This document shows, piece after piece, positions 25,070 to 30,887 of a stretch of DNA of 30,887 bases. The position numbers were made by a program, and so were the translations under genes. Every line of letters begins with the position of its first letter. Position 1 is the stretch's first letter. Source of the stretch: Deinococcaceae bacterium (GTDB lineage Bacteria > Deinococcota > Deinococci > Deinococcales > Trueperaceae); assembly GCA_040256005.1 (NCBI GenBank), contig JBDZWC010000021.1:1-30887 (forward strand), written 5' to 3'. The notes under the pieces were generated by a model. That model did no database searches and had not been told where the DNA came from. It worked only from the letters and a program-made list of their open reading frames with translations.

Positions 25070-25939
25070 ATGTCGTACCTGGGAATGAAGCAGCTCCTCG
25101 AGGCCGGCGTGCACTTCGGCCATGAGACGAAGCGCGCGAACCCGAAGATGCGGCGCTACATCTTCGCCGAGCGCAACGGGATCTTCATCATCGACCTGCA
25201 GAAGACGCTGGTCGAGAGCGAGAAGGCCTTCGACTTCCTCAAGAGCGTCGCCCAACGCGACGGCACGATCTTGTTCGTCGGGGCCAAGAAGCAGGCGCAG
25301 GAGATCCTCGCGGCCGAGGCCAAGCGCTGCGGCATGCCGTACATCAACGAGCGTTGGCTGGGCGGCCTGCTTACGAACTTCAAGACGATCAAGACCCGCG
25401 TCGAGCGCCTCAAGGAGCTCGAGGCCATGTTCGCCGACGAGTCCATCCTGCGCTTCACCAAGAAGGAGCAGATCGACCTGGGCAAGGAGATGCACCGGCT
25501 GCAGCGCTACCTGGGCGGCATCCGCGACATGTCCAGGCTGCCTGACGCCCTCTTCGTGATCGATCCCACCAAGGAAGCGATCGCGGTCAAGGAGGCCAAC
25601 AAGCTGGACATCCCTGTCGTCGGCTTGGCCGACACGGACTCCGACCCGGACGTCCTCGACTACATCGTGCCGGGCAACGACGACGCGATCCGGTCGATCC
25701 AGCTGATCACGGCTCGCCTGGCCGACCTCATCGTCGAGGTGCGCGGCGGCGCCGAGGGCCAGGTCGAGACCGACGCGGTCAACGACGAGGACCGCGAGAC
25801 GCTCGAGGCCCCGGTCTCCGCGCCCGAGCGGGCGATCCAGGAGGCGGCCGCGGCCGCCGGCGAGGACGCAGAGGAGACCGCCGCCGACGAGGTGGCAGAA
25901 GAGACGGAAGAGGCGGCGGAGGACGAAGAGGCGGAGTGA
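25070..25939 (+). CDS. rpsB: 30S ribosomal protein S2 with acidic C-terminal tail
   Basis: LLEAGVHFGH, RWLGGLLTNF, DTDSDPD, PGNDDAIRSI. Confidence 0.98.
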   Translation: MSYLGMKQLLEAGVHFGHETKRANPKMRRYIFAERNGIFIIDLQKTLVESEKAFDFLKSVAQRDGTILFVGAKKQAQEILAAEAKRCGMPYINERWLGGLLTNFKTIKTRVERLKELEAMFADESILRFTKKEQIDLGKEMHRLQRYLGGIRDMSRLPDALFVIDPTKEAIAVKEANKLDIPVVGLADTDSDPDVLDYIVPGNDDAIRSIQLITARLADLIVEVRGGAEGQVETDAVNDEDRETLEAPVSAPERAIQEAAAAAGEDAEETAADEVAEETEEAAEDEEAE

Positions 25940-26020
25940 GCCTCGACACCGCGGCGAGAACAGTGACCAGCGGAGCGCGAACCGCGCTCACGCGCTCGAA
26001 GAAGAGGTAGAGGTAACACC

Positions 26021-26614
26021 ATGGCTGTAACGACCGAACAGGTCAAGACACTGCGCGCCATGACCGGCGCGGGCCTCATGGACGTCAAGCGTGCCCTCGA
26101 GGACACGGACGGCAACATCGACAAGGCCGCTCAGCTCCTGCGCGAGCGGGGCATCGCCAAGGCAGACAAGAAGGCCGACCGCGCCGCCAACGAAGGCTTC
26201 GTGGGCACCTACGTCCACCACAACGGCAAGCTCGCCGTCCTGGTGGAGGTCAACAGCGAGACCGACTTCGTCGCCCGCAACGACACCTTCCGCGAGCTGG
26301 CGAAGAACCTCGCCATGCACGTCGCGATGGCCAACCCGCAGTACACGCGCCGCGAGGACGTGCCCGAGGACGTCGTGACCGCCGAGAAGGACGCGCTGCG
26401 CAAGCAGGCGCTCGACGAGGGCAAGCCCGAGGCCGTCGCTGAGAAGATCGTCGAGGGTCGCCTGAACAAGTTCTTCGCCGAGATCGTGCTGCTGGACCAG
26501 CCGTACGTCAAGGACGACAAGAAGACGGTAGGCGAGTTCGTCAAGGAAGCCGCCGCCACCCTGGGCGAGAACATCCAGGTCGGTCGCTTCGCCCGCATCG
26601 CGGTCGGCGAGTAG
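26021..26614 (+). CDS. tsf: Translation elongation factor Ts (short form)
   Basis: LRAMTGAGLMDVKRAL, EVNSETDFVARN, KIVEGRL, LLDQPYVKD. Confidence 0.97.
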   Translation: MAVTTEQVKTLRAMTGAGLMDVKRALEDTDGNIDKAAQLLRERGIAKADKKADRAANEGFVGTYVHHNGKLAVLVEVNSETDFVARNDTFRELAKNLAMHVAMANPQYTRREDVPEDVVTAEKDALRKQALDEGKPEAVAEKIVEGRLNKFFAEIVLLDQPYVKDDKKTVGEFVKEAAATLGENIQVGRFARIAVGE

Positions 26615-27340
<726 letters not shown>

Positions 27341-27386
27341 CACGGCGCGCGAGCAGCGAGCGCTCGAAAGCCGCCCGGCAGGGCGC

Positions 27387-27396
27387 GCGGTAGACT
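27387..27396 (+). promoter_or_regulatory. Putative internal promoter -10 (GCGG-TAGACT) for frr-cdsA
   Basis: TANNNT box 34 nt before the frr ATG; GGAGG RBS in between. Confidence 0.45.
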
Positions 27397-27430
27397 GGTC
27401 ACCGACGAAAAGATCCACCGGAGGTCAGCG

Positions 27431-27985
27431 ATGAAGACGGTCCTCGCCGAGACCAGGGAACGCATGCAGAGATCGCTCGAGGCGTTCGAGCAGAACATCG
27501 GCGCCGTGCGCACCGGTCGAGCCAACCCCGCGGTACTCAACCGCGTACATGTCGACTACTACGGGGCCAGCATGCCCCTACCCCAGATCGCCACCATCAC
27601 GAGCCCGGACGCGCGGACGCTGGTCATAACGCCGTTCGACAAGAGCTCGGTGGCGGCCATCGAGAAGGCCATCCTCGAGAGCGACCTGGGCTTCAACCCC
27701 AACAACCAGGGTGACAACGTGTTCATCTCGGTGCCGCCGCTCAACGACGAGCGCCGCCGTGACCTGGTCAAGACCCTCCACCAGATGGCCGAGGAGGCCA
27801 AGGTGGCCGTGCGCAACATCAGGCGCGACGCCAACGACGCCCTCAAGGCCTTGCAGAAGGAGGGCGAGCTGAGCGAGGACGAGCTCAGGCGAGCCGAGGC
27901 CGAGGTCCAGAAGACCACCGACGAGTTCGTGCAGAAGGTCGACCAACGCACCAAGACGAAAGAGACTGACATCCTGGCGGTGTGA
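27431..27985 (+). CDS. frr: Ribosome recycling factor
   Basis: VRTGRANP, VDYYG, PPLNDERRRDLVK, VAVRNIRRDAND. Confidence 0.98.
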   Translation: MKTVLAETRERMQRSLEAFEQNIGAVRTGRANPAVLNRVHVDYYGASMPLPQIATITSPDARTLVITPFDKSSVAAIEKAILESDLGFNPNNQGDNVFISVPPLNDERRRDLVKTLHQMAEEAKVAVRNIRRDANDALKALQKEGELSEDELRRAEAEVQKTTDEFVQKVDQRTKTKETDILAV

Positions 27986-28872
27986 GCGCTCCCCAGCCTA
28001 CGGCGGAGGGCGCAGGCACTCTGCAGACCCGCGTCCTCGGCGGGCTGGCGATCTTCACGCTCGCCATGGTCGTCCTGTGGGTGGGCCTGCCGTTGCTGGC
28101 GCCGGCGTTCGTGCTCCTCTGCTTCATAGCGGTGCGCGAGTACTCCGAGCTCATGCGCCTGCGAGGCATACCCATAAGGCAGCGCAGCCTCATCGTCGCG
28201 GCCGTGCTCACGGTGCCGGCGTCGCTGCCTTCTACCTACCCCGGCATGCCATCCCTGGCCGGCGGCGTGAGCTGGCGCGAGGCCCTGCTGGTGCTGTTCG
28301 TGATCTACGTGCTGGTGCTCGAGGTCGTGGGACCCAACCGCAACTCGGTCAACGCGGCCGGGTTCACGATCGCCGGGTACCTCTACCTGCCCTTCCTGCT
28401 GGGCTACATCATCACGCTCAGGTACACGCCCGACGGACGGCTGGGGCTGTGGTTCCTGGCGATCCCGCTGCTCTCGGCGGTGGCGACCGACGTGGGCGCG
28501 TACGCCCTGGGCTCGGTGTTCGGACGCACGCCCCTGGCCCCGCGCATCAGCCCGAAGAAAACTGTCGAGGGGGCCGTTGGGGGCCTCGTCTTCGCCTTGC
28601 TCATCGTCGCCGGCACCGCGCTCCTGGCACGGCGGGTCGCCGGGCTCGAGATGAGCGTGGGCACGGTGCTCGCGCTGACCATGGTGACCTCCCTGGCTGC
28701 TCAGGTCGGGGACCTGTTCGAGTCGCTGCTCAAGCGCTGGGCAGGGGTCAAGGACGCCGGCGTCTTCCTGCCCGGCCACGGCGGGGTGCTGGACCGGCTC
28801 GACTCCCTGTTGTTCACGTTCCCGGTCAGCTATCTGTTCGTCACGATGCTCGTCGTGCCCTACACCAGCTAG
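27982..28872 (+). CDS. cdsA: Phosphatidate cytidylyltransferase
   Basis: TDVGAY, ISPKKTVEG, GDLFESLLKR, KDAGVFLPGHGGVLDRLDS. GTGA overlap with frr. Confidence 0.95.
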   Translation: MSAPQPTAEGAGTLQTRVLGGLAIFTLAMVVLWVGLPLLAPAFVLLCFIAVREYSELMRLRGIPIRQRSLIVAAVLTVPASLPSTYPGMPSLAGGVSWREALLVLFVIYVLVLEVVGPNRNSVNAAGFTIAGYLYLPFLLGYIITLRYTPDGRLGLWFLAIPLLSAVATDVGAYALGSVFGRTPLAPRISPKKTVEGAVGGLVFALLIVAGTALLARRVAGLEMSVGTVLALTMVTSLAAQVGDLFESLLKRWAGVKDAGVFLPGHGGVLDRLDSLLFTFPVSYLFVTMLVVPYTS

Positions 28873-28882
28873 GCGGTAGAGT
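28873..28882 (+). promoter_or_regulatory. Putative -10 (GCGG-TAGAGT) for glnS
   Basis: Immediately after the cdsA stop. Followed by a ~90-nt leader with hairpin GGCCGCCG-CAA-CGGCGGCC and an AGGAG RBS. Confidence 0.4.
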
Positions 28883-28977
28883 CTAGGTTCGTCGCGCCGC
28901 CGGACGCGCCGTGGACAGCGGCCGCCGGCGGACAGGCACTGAGGCCGCCGCAACGGCGGCCCGTACAGGAGCAGACC

Positions 28978-30887
<1,910 letters not shown>

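Noticed and set aside
25936..26010. 24-codon frame starting at the GTG overlapping the rpsB stop
   Set aside because: Any gene ending G-TGA creates such a GTG; it does not overlap the tsf start, and tsf has its own GAGGT RBS.
28883..28977. Possible T-box leader upstream of glnS
   Set aside because: The leader is too short and lacks the TGGNACC T-box motif and a terminator.

Overview
This is a high-GC (roughly 70% by eye), densely coding bacterial chromosomal segment, most likely Deinococcota (Truepera-like). That placement is an inference from the short ~197-aa EF-Ts, a GlnRS with a C-terminal extension, the rpsB-tsf-pyrH-frr-cdsA order without uppS, and TANNNT leaderless-type promoters. Left to right it holds: a 5'-truncated acidic beta-propeller repeat protein, an SMP-30-like exported propeller, a tandem HD-GYP protein, a stand-alone rplS, a VOC dioxygenase coupled to a UPF0104 flippase-like gene, and a NitT/TauT-type ABC importer. 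Next is a complete System I cytochrome c maturation operon (ccdA-ccmABCDEFGH; ccmD is missing from the ORF track), extended by a CcmI-like TPR protein fused to a c-type cytochrome and a Tat-exported Rieske protein with no cytochrome b partner. Then come transaldolase, convergent ctaA-ctaB and SURF1 (heme A/O synthesis and oxidase assembly), an exported TPR protein, rpsB-tsf-pyrH-frr-cdsA, and a 3'-truncated glnS (also missing from the ORF track). I saw no tRNA/rRNA, CRISPR array or mobile element. Most of the window is housekeeping. The best leads are the cytochrome c-TPR plus orphan Rieske module at the end of the ccm operon, a leaderless uORF (or G-run frameshift) at the head of ccdA, a palindrome shared by two divergent promoter regions, and a multi-hairpin RNA candidate between ctaA and the TPR gene. 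None of these can be called novel without database searches.
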